Below the pieces are notes generated by a model. The model was given only the letters and a program-made list of their open reading frames with translations. It had not been told where the DNA came from and did not search any database. Positions 19,399 through 28,225 of a stretch of 64,000 bases of DNA are shown one piece after another. The DNA is from an uncultured Enterobacteriaceae bacterium (GTDB lineage: Bacteria > Pseudomonadota > Gammaproteobacteria > Burkholderiales > SG8-39), in the NCBI GenBank assembly GCA_964565875.1, contig CAZMGP010000028.1, forward strand, positions 158 through 64,157, in the 5' to 3' direction. Each line of letters starts with the position of its first letter. Position 1 is the first letter of the stretch. The translations under genes and the position numbers were made by a program.

Positions 19399-19663
19399 AG
19401 TCGTACTGCTCTCCCTTCTCAGGCGTTGCGGCACCTGTGCTTGTCATAGCGCGTCAGGCAGTGTTGGCGCTAATATGGTTCCATTGGATGGAACTGCTTC
19501 CACTGCTCGCAACTCTATCTTGCCCATTTTTTGCGCCGCTGTCCAGTGCAACCACAAAATTGTTGCAAGCAGGCGGTCTATCTGGTGCTTAAGGACAACA
19601 TCCGGCTGCTTGCCGTGGCGCCTCGAAGGTGTTGCGAGATGACGTCAAAGCAAGCGCTGCAGA
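19213..19663. repeat. Copy 1 of a ~450-bp diverged direct repeat (ACAD 5' end plus upstream promoter)
   Basis: Colinear with 24898-25348 at constant offset 5685, e.g. CAACTCTATCTTGCCCA..TTTTGCGCCGCTGTCCAGTGCAACC and CAAAGCAAGCGCTGCAGA shared. Confidence 0.9.
19478..19513. promoter_or_regulatory. Putative tandem IclR operators
   Basis: Perfect-arm palindrome GTTCCAT-TGG-ATGGAAC, followed 19 bp later by the degenerate CTTCCACTGCTCGCAAC. Confidence 0.6.
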
Positions 19664-19861
19664 AGATGCGAGTAATAGGGCGTGATTAGGCGCGTGAGTA
19701 ATGGAGTGGAAGGCGACTACGGGGGCAATCTCAAGCTGACCGATACGAGGGATCGACGGACAATGGCGCACGGTCGCAGCGGAATGCAAGCGTCTCCCGC
19801 AATAAGCCCTGTAACTGTCGGTGAACCGATGCCTTACCTCTCTGAATGATGCGTATTCTTG

Positions 19862-21058
19862 CTATGCACCTTCGAAAATCGCCGCCAGTCCCTGGCCACT
19901 GCCGATGCACATGGTCTCCAGCGCGTAGCGTCCTTTGCGCCGCTTGAGTTCATGCAGCATCGTGGCAAGAATACGCACCCCCGTGGCGCCGATCGGGTGT
20001 CCAAGGGAAATGCCTGAGCCATTCACGTTCAACCGATCTGGATCATTCCAGCCCCAGCCCTTGAGCACCGACAGCACCTGGCAGGCGAAGGCTTCGTTCA
20101 GCTCCACCAGGTCCATCTTGTCGAAACTGAGTCCGGTCTTGCCGAACAGTTTCTTCACCGCAGGCACCGGCCCTATGCCCATGGTCGCCGGATGGCAGCC
20201 GGCTGCCGCCCAGCCGACCAGATAGCCCATGGGCTCAAGTTTGAGCTCCTTCAGCTTGTCCTCGGCGACCACTAGGCAGGCGGCAGCGGCGTCGTTCTGC
20301 TGGCTGGAGTTGCCGGCCGTCACCGTGCCGTCCTTCATCAGCGGCTTCAGCTTCGCCAGCGTTTCCATGCTGGCGTCGGCGCGGCAGCCTTCGTCCTGCT
20401 CGAATGCCTTGGTTTCCCCTTTTTTCTGAGGCACGCTGATCGGCACCAGTTCGTCCTTGAATTTTCCCGATTTCCAGGCTTCGGTCGCGCGCTGGTGGCT
20501 GCGCACCGCGTAGGCATCCGCTTCCGCGCGCGCAATGCCGTACTCCTTCGCCAGGTTCTCCGCCGTTTCTATCATTCCGGAGATGTGGCCGAAGCGCCAC
20601 TCGGGCTGCGAGCGCTCGCGCCCGCGCTGTATCCGATCATGCAACGTCACTGAGCCCGATCGCTTGCCCCATCGCATGTCGGTGGTGTAATACTCGATAT
20701 TGCTCATACTCTCGACGCCTGCAGCAAGGACTACGTCTGCGGTGCCGGTCTGCACCATCATAGCGGCGTTGAGTACGGCCTGCAGCCCGCTGCCGCAACG
20801 CCGGTCGAGCTGGTAGCCCGGGATGTCGATCGGCAAGTCTGCCTCCAGTACCGCGTAACGCCCGATGCAAGGCGCTTCTGCGTTCGCATACGACTGTGCG
20901 ACGACGACCTCGTCGAGCCTTGCGGCATCGAGGCCAGAACGCGCTATCAGCGCCTTGATCACGCTCGCTATGAGTTTCTCCACCGGCACCGGGCGCAGGC
21001 TGCCGCCATAGGTACCGACTGCAGTGCGAAGCGGGGCTACGATGGCTGCTCGTCTCAT
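19862..21058 (-). CDS. Acetyl-CoA C-acyltransferase (thiolase)
   Basis: DRRCGSG (catalytic Cys), NEAFA, GHPIGATG, MCIGSG motifs; AAGGAG RBS. Confidence 0.95.
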   Translation of the reverse strand: MRRAAIVAPLRTAVGTYGGSLRPVPVEKLIASVIKALIARSGLDAARLDEVVVAQSYANAEAPCIGRYAVLEADLPIDIPGYQLDRRCGSGLQAVLNAAMMVQTGTADVVLAAGVESMSNIEYYTTDMRWGKRSGSVTLHDRIQRGRERSQPEWRFGHISGMIETAENLAKEYGIARAEADAYAVRSHQRATEAWKSGKFKDELVPISVPQKKGETKAFEQDEGCRADASMETLAKLKPLMKDGTVTAGNSSQQNDAAAACLVVAEDKLKELKLEPMGYLVGWAAAGCHPATMGIGPVPAVKKLFGKTGLSFDKMDLVELNEAFACQVLSVLKGWGWNDPDRLNVNGSGISLGHPIGATGVRILATMLHELKRRKGRYALETMCIGSGQGLAAIFEGA

Positions 21059-21309
21059 GCTCGTTCTCCTTTGGATTGACTGGAAAGTCAACTGACTAAT
21101 TCACGTAACTCTGCTGCGACCATGGCCTTCTGCGTGAACCATCGCTGAACATACCTCGGTTAAAATCTCGCGAGCATGCTCGGCTTCGGCTCGCAATCGA
21201 CGATGTCACAGGAAGCAAGGCTGATGGGATTTCAGCAACTCGTTTTATTGCCCGCCGAATTTGCCATCACCCAATTCGGACTTACATGTCCTGGTGCGCT
21301 CCCGCATGT

Positions 21310-22482
21310 CTATGCAGGCAGATCAAGCACTTGCTTGGCCAGAATGTTGCGCTGGATTTCGTTGCTACCACTGTAGATCGACGGTAGTCGCGCGTTGTAG
21401 AAGAGCCCAAGGACGTTTACAACCTCAGCCCCAATGCGCGTGTCGGACTGCAAGCTGCCATGCGCACCCGCCGTCTCCAGAATCAGGTCGGCAATTCGCT
21501 GAAACGTTTCAGTGGCCCAGATCTTGAGCATCGACACATCGTGCCCCAAGTGCTCTCCTCGCACCGCCATCTCGGCATACTTCCTGAACACCTCACTGAG
21601 GTGATCGACGTCGAGCTGGAGTTGCGCATACTTGTCGCGGAACACTGGATCATCCAGTGCCCCGCGCGCCTTTGCGACCTGACTCAGTAGCCTGAGGCCG
21701 TATTCCGGAAGCTTCGGACTTCCAATAAAGATGCGCTCGAAACCCAGTAGTGACTTCGCCACCGTCCAGCCCTTGTTCAGACCGCCCACCAGGTTGGATA
21801 CGTGCGTACGCACATTGTCGAAGAATACTTCGCAGAACTCTTCTTCACCGGCCAGATTTCGAATGGGACGTACAGTGATACCGGGTGCGTTCAGGTCGAC
21901 CAGCAAGAAGCTGATGCCCTCCTGCTTCTTCACTGTGGCATCAGTACGCGCCAGAACATAAATGTGGCTGCAATCCTGCGCCATCGAAGTCCAGATCTTG
22001 TGTCCGTTGATGACGAACTCGTCACCTTCGATTCGCGCTTGAGTACGCAGACTGGCCAGGTCCGATCCCGCGTTTGGCTCGGAATAGCCCTGACACCACA
22101 GTTGATCGCACGAAAGGATCCCCGGCAGGTAGCGTCTCTGCTGTTCGGGCGATCCATACTTGATCAGCATCGGTCCCACCATGTGGATGCCATGATCAGC
22201 GAAGCGGCCGATGCCGAGCCGCTCCTGCTCATCGATGAAGATGAGCAGCTTGGAGGACTCTAGACCCATGCCTCCAAACTCGGTCGGCCAGTTGGGCGCA
22301 ATCCATCCCTTCTGTGCCATGCGCCGGTACCAATTGCAATTCTCTGTCCAGCGTAGCCGGCGCGGTACGAAGCGTAGCTCCAGCGGATAATTGACTTCAA
22401 ACTCCGTGTTGACGAGGGCACGAAATTCATTGTCATTAAGGGCATTCCAATCCCGTTCCTGCGCCACGCCATACGCGTTCAT
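21310..22482 (-). CDS. Acyl-CoA dehydrogenase, large subunit of a heteromeric PimC/FadE-type pair
   Basis: WCQGYSEPNAGSDLASLRT, NGHKIWTS, FCEVFFDNV, IYSGSNEIQRNI motifs. Confidence 0.9.
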   Translation of the reverse strand: MNAYGVAQERDWNALNDNEFRALVNTEFEVNYPLELRFVPRRLRWTENCNWYRRMAQKGWIAPNWPTEFGGMGLESSKLLIFIDEQERLGIGRFADHGIHMVGPMLIKYGSPEQQRRYLPGILSCDQLWCQGYSEPNAGSDLASLRTQARIEGDEFVINGHKIWTSMAQDCSHIYVLARTDATVKKQEGISFLLVDLNAPGITVRPIRNLAGEEEFCEVFFDNVRTHVSNLVGGLNKGWTVAKSLLGFERIFIGSPKLPEYGLRLLSQVAKARGALDDPVFRDKYAQLQLDVDHLSEVFRKYAEMAVRGEHLGHDVSMLKIWATETFQRIADLILETAGAHGSLQSDTRIGAEVVNVLGLFYNARLPSIYSGSNEIQRNILAKQVLDLPA

Positions 22483-23591
22483 ACAGCCTCCTTGAGCAAT
22501 GCGTAGCGGCGTCGATGTTCGGCGCCATTGCCGAGCCAGCCTGACAAAACCAGCGCCCGATTGAAATACAGGCCGAGATCATACTCATCGGTGATTCCGA
22601 TCGCACCGTGCAGTTGAATCGCTTGCTTACCGACCAACAACGCAGTATCTGCGGCACGCGATTTGGCGCTACTCGAGGCAATCGCGCACGCCTTAGGCGA
22701 GGCGTTAGGATCGGCCATCACGCGCTCGGCCGCAGCAACCGCAGCCTTGGCCAGTTCGGACTGTATCCAGAGGTCCACGGCCCGATGCTGCAAGGCCTGG
22801 AAGCTGCCGATCGGCTTGCCGAACTGTTGGCGGGTACGCAGATAGTCGAGTGTGATTTCAAGCATGCGCTCAATCACGCCGGTGAGTTCGGCAGCTCCGG
22901 CAACGATTGCGGCATCAATAGCGCGCGCCAAGGCTCGCGCCGCCACCGGTGCGCCGGCGATCTGCGATGTTTCAGGAACTGTAATCGAATCGAAGTGGAT
23001 GCAAGCGCTCGGTCCGCCATCGGCACGTGTTTCATTTGTGAGGCATAGACCCGGGGTATTGGCCGGAACCCAGAACAGCGCGAGTCCTGAATCTTCCCGC
23101 GCAGCGGCAATGTAGACATCGGCACCCGATGTCATCAGGAACCGCGCCGATCCGTCAATGCGCACCAAACCTGCATCTGTCTTTGCTCGTAGGGCAGTCC
23201 TGTCCGGATTGAGACTGGCTACATCGTCCTGCCAGGCGACTGCCGCCACCACTTCTCCCGAGGCCAGCGAAGCGAGCCTTTCCTGATTCAAATGTCCTGC
23301 GTCGCAACCCGCCAAGCACTCCGTCGCAAGAACGCCCGACGCGACAAATGGTTCTGGATACAGGCCCTTTCCGAGTCCTTTGGCAATGACGTTCACGGCA
23401 GGCATGCCAAGACCCAGTCCGCCCTGTGACTCTGGCACGAGCACGGACAGCCATCCTTGATCGGCTATGCCTTTCCAAACGCGTTGGTCATAGCCAGGCA
23501 TTGTATTTCTCAGCCTACGCACACGCTTAGCGTCCGGTCGCGCGAAGGAGCTGACAGCGCTCTCGAGCATGGACAAGGTTTCGTCGCTCAT
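22479..23591 (-). CDS. Acyl-CoA dehydrogenase, small/accessory subunit (PimD-type)
   Basis: RQQFGKPIGSFQALQHR and QLHGAIGITDEY with a degenerate N-half; ATGA overlap with its partner. Confidence 0.85.
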   Translation of the reverse strand: MSDETLSMLESAVSSFARPDAKRVRRLRNTMPGYDQRVWKGIADQGWLSVLVPESQGGLGLGMPAVNVIAKGLGKGLYPEPFVASGVLATECLAGCDAGHLNQERLASLASGEVVAAVAWQDDVASLNPDRTALRAKTDAGLVRIDGSARFLMTSGADVYIAAAREDSGLALFWVPANTPGLCLTNETRADGGPSACIHFDSITVPETSQIAGAPVAARALARAIDAAIVAGAAELTGVIERMLEITLDYLRTRQQFGKPIGSFQALQHRAVDLWIQSELAKAAVAAAERVMADPNASPKACAIASSSAKSRAADTALLVGKQAIQLHGAIGITDEYDLGLYFNRALVLSGWLGNGAEHRRRYALLKEAV

Positions 23592-23730
23592 ATATTTCTC
23601 CAAGAGACCTGTACGCGAACCGACACGCACATGGTGTTCAAAAACTCAATGCGACCGGGAGTTGTCAATGGCGGTCACAATAAGCGGACTAACGTCGGAT
23701 TTGGCGATAATGGTCTTCTGACCACTCGCT

Positions 23731-24705
23731 CTAGTCCGCCTTCATATTGGCCCGTTCGACGATGGTTGCCCATTTGAGAATTTCCGCTCGCTGGAACTTA
23801 CCCAGTTCCTCCGGTGTGCTTCCAATCGGGTCCATACTTTGCGAAATGAGTCTTTCTCTTACATCGGACATCTTGACCACGTCGGCAAGGTCCGTCGAGA
23901 TCTTGGCGATAATGTCTTTGGAGGTACTGGCCGGCGCAAACACGGCAAAGAATGGAACCAGTACATAGTCGGGTACGCCTGCCTCGATCATGGTCGGAAG
24001 ATCTGGCGCTGCTGCAGTGCGAGTCGGGCCGGTAACTGCAAGAGCCTTCACGCGTCCGGCTTTCATTTGCGGCATGGAACTGTTCAGGACATTAAACATT
24101 ACCTGGACCCGACCCCCAATGAGGTCTGTCATCGCAGGAGCATTGGCCTTGTAGGGAATATGTACCATCTTGATACCGGCCAGCATATTTAGGAGTGCTC
24201 CACCAGCTTGGGCAGAACTGCTACCACCGGCAAAGTTCAGCTCGCCCGGCCGGGACTTCGCCAAGCCAATTAGCTCCTTCACCGAGTTAGCGGGAACACT
24301 CGGGTTGATTAGTAACACCAGCGGCGGTGTGGTGAGAAGGCTAACCGGAGCAAAGTCCTTTACCGGGTCGTAGGGAAGTTTGCTGTACATACTGGCATTG
24401 GCTGCATGGGACGTCTGCGTTCCCAAGATCAGCGTGTAGCCGTCCGGTGCCGACTTCGCGACCATTTCTGTGCCGATAATGGCATTTGCGCCAGGACGAT
24501 AGTCAAGCACCACTGCCTGGCCCCACTTTACGTGCAGCTTTTCAATTAGCACTCGAGCAAGCGCGTCAACCGGGCCGCCGGCCGCAAACGGCACCACCAG
24601 GCGTACTGGTTTCGTCGGGAAGGTTTGAGCCAGTGACGGCGGAGAGAGAGCAAGTGAGAGTACCGCTATCAATAGAACTAGTGCAGATCTGGGCGTGCGT
24701 TTCAT
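23731..24705 (-). CDS. Bug/TctC tripartite tricarboxylate transporter substrate-binding protein
   Basis: FPTKPVRLVVPFAAGGPVD, APDGYTL, YDPVKDFAPV, HIPYK motifs. Confidence 0.93.
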   Translation of the reverse strand: MKRTPRSALVLLIAVLSLALSPPSLAQTFPTKPVRLVVPFAAGGPVDALARVLIEKLHVKWGQAVVLDYRPGANAIIGTEMVAKSAPDGYTLILGTQTSHAANASMYSKLPYDPVKDFAPVSLLTTPPLVLLINPSVPANSVKELIGLAKSRPGELNFAGGSSSAQAGGALLNMLAGIKMVHIPYKANAPAMTDLIGGRVQVMFNVLNSSMPQMKAGRVKALAVTGPTRTAAAPDLPTMIEAGVPDYVLVPFFAVFAPASTSKDIIAKISTDLADVVKMSDVRERLISQSMDPIGSTPEELGKFQRAEILKWATIVERANMKAD

Positions 24706-24897
24706 TGGTTTCTCTCCTTTAGTGATGCTCTGAACTCTCTTTCGCTAGTGCAGATCGGATATTGTGGCAACTCATTAAGATTGGCAGTCAATGCTTGGAA
24801 TTGCTGATCGCCTCTTCTAAATTGGCACGAAACTGGGTTCGGCCACATCTTCAACCAGCCATGCGCAAAGCTTAGACGCACCGCTTGGACGAGCCGG

Positions 24898-25083
24898 CGA
24901 ATCCAACAGTCCCGGCGCCGTTGGCCATAGCCCAATGAACTTGGCCACGATGTCGAGAAGGGGACAATTTTGCATCGGCTGATTAAGGTCGCACCGATCG
25001 AGCAACACCGCTATACCACGCTCGACCACGCATCGACCGGCGTCGCGCATTAGATCCTGTTCTGCGCTTAACTGAAATTCCAT
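24898..25083 (-). pseudogene. Decayed N-terminal fragment duplicated from ACAD 18223-19398
   Basis: MEFQLSAEQDLMRDAGR... versus MDFQLSAEQELMRDAAR...; 36/62 aa identical by my hand count, then homology stops. Confidence 0.85.
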
Positions 25084-25348
25084 AGCCGCACTTTCCTTCC
25101 TCGTCCGTCGACGGCGCACCTGTGCATGCCATTACGTGACAAGCTGGGCTAACGCCTACAAGGTTTCACTGTGTGGAACGTCTTCCACTGTATGCAACTC
25201 TATCTTGCCCAATTTTTGCGCCGCTGTCCAGTGCAACCGCAAAATTGTTGCAAATGGGCCGTCTATCTGGCGCTTTAGGACAACATCCGGCTGCATGCCC
25301 TGGTGCCTCGAAGGTGTTGCGACATGACACCAAAGCAAGCGCTGCAGA
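24898..25348. repeat. Copy 2 of the ~450-bp direct repeat, including operators at 25163-25179 and 25182-25198
   Basis: Colinear with 19213-19663. Confidence 0.9.
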
Positions 25349-25716
25349 GAAACCGTGATTCTGGCCTGCCGAATGTAGTACCCAACGCGCGTGGCAACCC
25401 CAGCCGAGCTAATCGGGACGAGCGGCGCCATCGCGCGCAAGAACACTGCGCGATCATTGCTGATCGGATAGCCGTTCTTCAGGTAATCGACAATCGCCGT
25501 GCAGACGACAGTCGACAGCGGATAGGTGGTCGAATTACCAGCCTTGCGCTCCCGGATCCGCAGGCGATCATTACCCCAGTCGATGTCATCAAGCGTAAGC
25601 GCGGCGACTTCGCACCCGCGCAGCCGGTAGGTTGTCGGCAACGGCATGGAGTAGTCCCGCTTCCCGCAGTCGGCACGCCGATAAGTTCCGGATAGCACCT
25701 GTTCAACCGGTCCCAA
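25349..25716 (-). pseudogene. Truncated tyrosine recombinase fragment (RIT-element-like integrase)
   Basis: GKRDY...LRGCEVAALTLDDIDW...RERKAG...YPL...AIVDYLKNG...VFLR; the HxxR and catalytic Tyr region is missing, cut at the repeat boundary. Confidence 0.8.
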
Positions 25717-25976
25717 TTAATTGAACCTAAGATTCCGGACGGTCGGTAGGACTGCAGGAATTCGATGACCGAGCTAAGGTTTTTGGCTTGCACTCCTTCC
25801 AGATGGAGGTAGTGTTGTTTGCGCGGATCAGATTGACCAGACCTGCGCGATTGGATTGACCAAGGCCAAGGATCTTCAATTCCTTGGCAGAACTGGAAAA
25901 TGACCTAAAGAAGGGTGGTCAGTGCAATTCGCGCAGGATGGTCAATTCGGCTCGCGCAGCAACATCTTGAGAGAAC

Positions 25977-26375
25977 TCATCTCCAGTTCTCAACCTTTAA
26001 TCCACTCACCCGCTTGAACTCACCCACATTTGAAGTGACTACTACCAGCCCCTTTGCCAGACCCGTTCCGGCAATCAGAACATCATATGCCCCGACAGGC
26101 TGTCCCTTTGCTTTGAGCGCAGCGCGAATGCCGGCTGCAGCCAGCGCGTCGGCTTCGTCGAATGGCAGTGTGGCGATAGTTGCAAAGAAGGCGTCAAGGA
26201 CTGGCGCAAGCTTCCTTGCCCGTTCGGCGTTTAGTGCGAGACCGTAATCAATCTCCATGCGCGTAAGCGCTGATACGACTATAAGGGTGGGCGATGTAGA
26301 TTTGACCCGCGCCAGCACATTAGGCTGGCCTTTGACGAAATCGGAAACCGCGCAGGTATCGAGCAGATACTTCAT
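25977..26375 (-). CDS. vapC: VapC PIN-domain toxin
   Basis: YLLDT, EIDYG, LPFD, DVLIAGT, VVTSNVGEF motifs. Confidence 0.92.
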   Translation of the reverse strand: MKYLLDTCAVSDFVKGQPNVLARVKSTSPTLIVVSALTRMEIDYGLALNAERARKLAPVLDAFFATIATLPFDEADALAAAGIRAALKAKGQPVGAYDVLIAGTGLAKGLVVVTSNVGEFKRVSGLKVENWR

Positions 26376-26608
26376 GCCAGCGGATCATCAATTGGCGGCT
26401 TGAGCCTGTCTCGGCTCGATTCAAACAGCGGCATGTCGGCCATACCTTTGAAGGCAAGCACTTCGTCAGGCCACTGCGGTTTGCCATGCCGCCTCAGCCA
26501 ATCGCTCACTGCCTGGCGAACCAGTGCGTTCCGGCTTTCGCCGGCGCGTTTGGCCAATTGGTTGAGCTGCTGACCGGTTTCGTCGTCGAGGTAAATATTG
26601 AAATTCAT
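26372..26608 (-). CDS. Ribbon-helix-helix (CopG-type) antitoxin
   Basis: NFNIYLDDETGQQLNQLAKRAGESRNALVRQAV; ATGA overlap with vapC; GGAGG RBS. Confidence 0.85.
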   Translation of the reverse strand: MNFNIYLDDETGQQLNQLAKRAGESRNALVRQAVSDWLRRHGKPQWPDEVLAFKGMADMPLFESSRDRLKPPIDDPLA

Positions 26609-26622
26609 GGTGGCCGCCTCCA

Positions 26623-26644
26623 TATAACTGCTCAATATGTTATA
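26623..26644. promoter_or_regulatory. Possible TA autoregulatory operator
   Basis: TATAAC-N10-GTTATA inverted repeat just upstream of the antitoxin. Confidence 0.35.
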
Positions 26645-26679
26645 CGAAGCGGGCGTGAATAGGAAGGCCGTGTCTCGCT

Positions 26680-26908
26680 GGGAAATATTTCAAAGCCGAT
26701 CCTAAGGAAAACAACAGGATACCGAGTCGAAATCGATCAAAATATTTCCCGACTTCATCTGTTAAGCGATTGTTCCGACAATCTTTCTATGCATTTCTAA
26801 GACGGACTGTTAATCCGCAGGTCCCTGGTTCGAGCCCAGGTCGGGGAGCCAAAATCAACTACTTAGATTCAGCGCGCGAAGCGATTGGGAAATATCGCGG
26901 GTAATATC
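26680..26908 (+). repeat. att module 1: arm sites, IHF sites and tRNA-Asn core
   Basis: GGGAAATATT 26680; inverted AATATTTCCC 26741; core 26801-26851; IHF consensus AATCAACTACTTA 26853; GGGAAATATC 26887; GGGTAATATC 26899. Confidence 0.85.
26801..26851 (+). tRNA. Partial tRNA-Asn(GTT), 3' 51 nt only (att core, not a functional gene)
   Basis: Anticodon arm CGGA-CTGTTAA-TCCG, T-arm CCTGG-TTCGAGC-CCAGG, acceptor 3' strand TCGGGGA-GCCA; D-arm and 5' acceptor strand absent. Confidence 0.9.
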
Positions 26909-27036
26909 TTCGCGACGTCACTGCAGTAACACCCGGTCATTCAGCAAGTTAACCCTAGCAGCTCAGCGGACAACTGATCCGTCGCTCGCATCTGCAAAAA
27001 GAATACAATTTTGAGACGTCGAACGAAGATCTGCAG

Positions 27037-28206
27037 CTAGTTAACGCTGGCTGACGAGGAGATTTCTCGCCGGTCCAATATCTTCCAAAGACCGCGTGCC
27101 TCTAGATAGCTGAGGCAGGCTTCGACCTGCGCGTCCGTGAACGACTCCGGACCGCATACCCCCTTTTGTCGAAATTCGTTGCGGGCGATCAACTGGGCGG
27201 TGAACGAAGCCGGCAATGCCGTCATGCGCCCCTGCGGCAGCGGATCCCAGCCCTGCGGATGCCCCACCGTCATCTCGTTCACCACGCGCCGCCCCTTTTC
27301 TTCGCCGATGACGCGCACGCGCAGGAGATAGAGCGGCTGCACGCCTTCCGGCTTGAGCGAGCCGTCGCCCATCAGCGCGTCGCGCAAAAGCGGCTGAAAT
27401 TTCGTTCGCGCTCCGTTCACCTCGACCGTCAGATCCTGATCCATCAGTCCGAAACCGTAGAGCGCCTTGAGCAGATTCATGATCTTCGGCTGATACGCGC
27501 CGCGCACGCTCACCTTCTTCAATCCCGGCACGAATCGCGGCACGGTCACGGGCTCGGAATGCGGCGTGTAGACGAGTTCGACTTCCTCCTCCAGCCCGGG
27601 AAAACGCGTGCGTATCGCGCCTTCGAACGGAAGCTTAGAGTGGTAGGTGCCGTCCTCGAATACCGTCGCGCGGATATGGTTCCTGAATTGCCTGAGCGCC
27701 GTGTCGAGCAGGCCGAGCGAAGGATTCATCGGACGATGGGTCACATACTCCACTTCGACGACGATTTCACCCGCCGCGTTGCGCGCCCCGTAGCCGGCAA
27801 GCATGTTGGTTATTCCGGGGCTGCATCCCATGCCGATCAGTGCCGTGATTCCTGCAGCTTCGACCGCCGCGGACTTGGCTAGGCGCTCGTTAACGAGCAG
27901 TGTTCCATGCACGTCGAGGTAAGGCACCCGCGCCTTCATTGCGGCATCGAGAATTTCCAGGCTCTTCGAGCCGTCGGTGGTGTTGACGAGGACCGCCGCG
28001 CCTTGTGCGTGGCGCGCGAGCGCCTCCGGGTCAGCGACGTCGAGCGTCAGGTAAGCGACGCGCGACGCGCCCGCAATCCGCGCCGTTTCGGTGAGCGACG
28101 CGGTATTGTTGTCGATGGCCGTCACCTGCGCCCTGGCATCCGCGCCGAGCAGATCCTTGATGAGGCAACGACCGATATTTCCCGCGCCGACGACTACGTA
28201 ATGCAT
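27037..28206 (-). CDS. Saccharopine dehydrogenase-like NAD(P)-dependent oxidoreductase
   Basis: VVVGAGNIG Rossmann motif, VPYLDV, GMGCSPGITNMLA, HSEPVT; ATG 28206 behind GGAGGAG. Confidence 0.85.
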   Translation of the reverse strand: MHYVVVGAGNIGRCLIKDLLGADARAQVTAIDNNTASLTETARIAGASRVAYLTLDVADPEALARHAQGAAVLVNTTDGSKSLEILDAAMKARVPYLDVHGTLLVNERLAKSAAVEAAGITALIGMGCSPGITNMLAGYGARNAAGEIVVEVEYVTHRPMNPSLGLLDTALRQFRNHIRATVFEDGTYHSKLPFEGAIRTRFPGLEEEVELVYTPHSEPVTVPRFVPGLKKVSVRGAYQPKIMNLLKALYGFGLMDQDLTVEVNGARTKFQPLLRDALMGDGSLKPEGVQPLYLLRVRVIGEEKGRRVVNEMTVGHPQGWDPLPQGRMTALPASFTAQLIARNEFRQKGVCGPESFTDAQVEACLSYLEARGLWKILDRREISSSASVN

Positions 28207-28225
28207 CTTCTCCTCCACTGCAGGT

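Noticed and set aside
25156-25716. Intact 186-aa integrase
   Set aside because: The C-terminal third is read-through into the duplicated promoter; HxxR and the catalytic Tyr are missing.
25819-25890. Short imperfect direct repeat (GCGCG..GATTGACCA twice) and hairpin GCCAAGGA/TCCTTGGC
   Set aside because: Only two short copies, no spacer array or cas genes; function cannot be supported.
26776-26851. Complete tRNA-Asn gene (also 61725-61800)
   Set aside because: The upstream sequence has no 5' acceptor strand complementary to TCGGGGA and no D-arm; only the 3' 51 nt are present.
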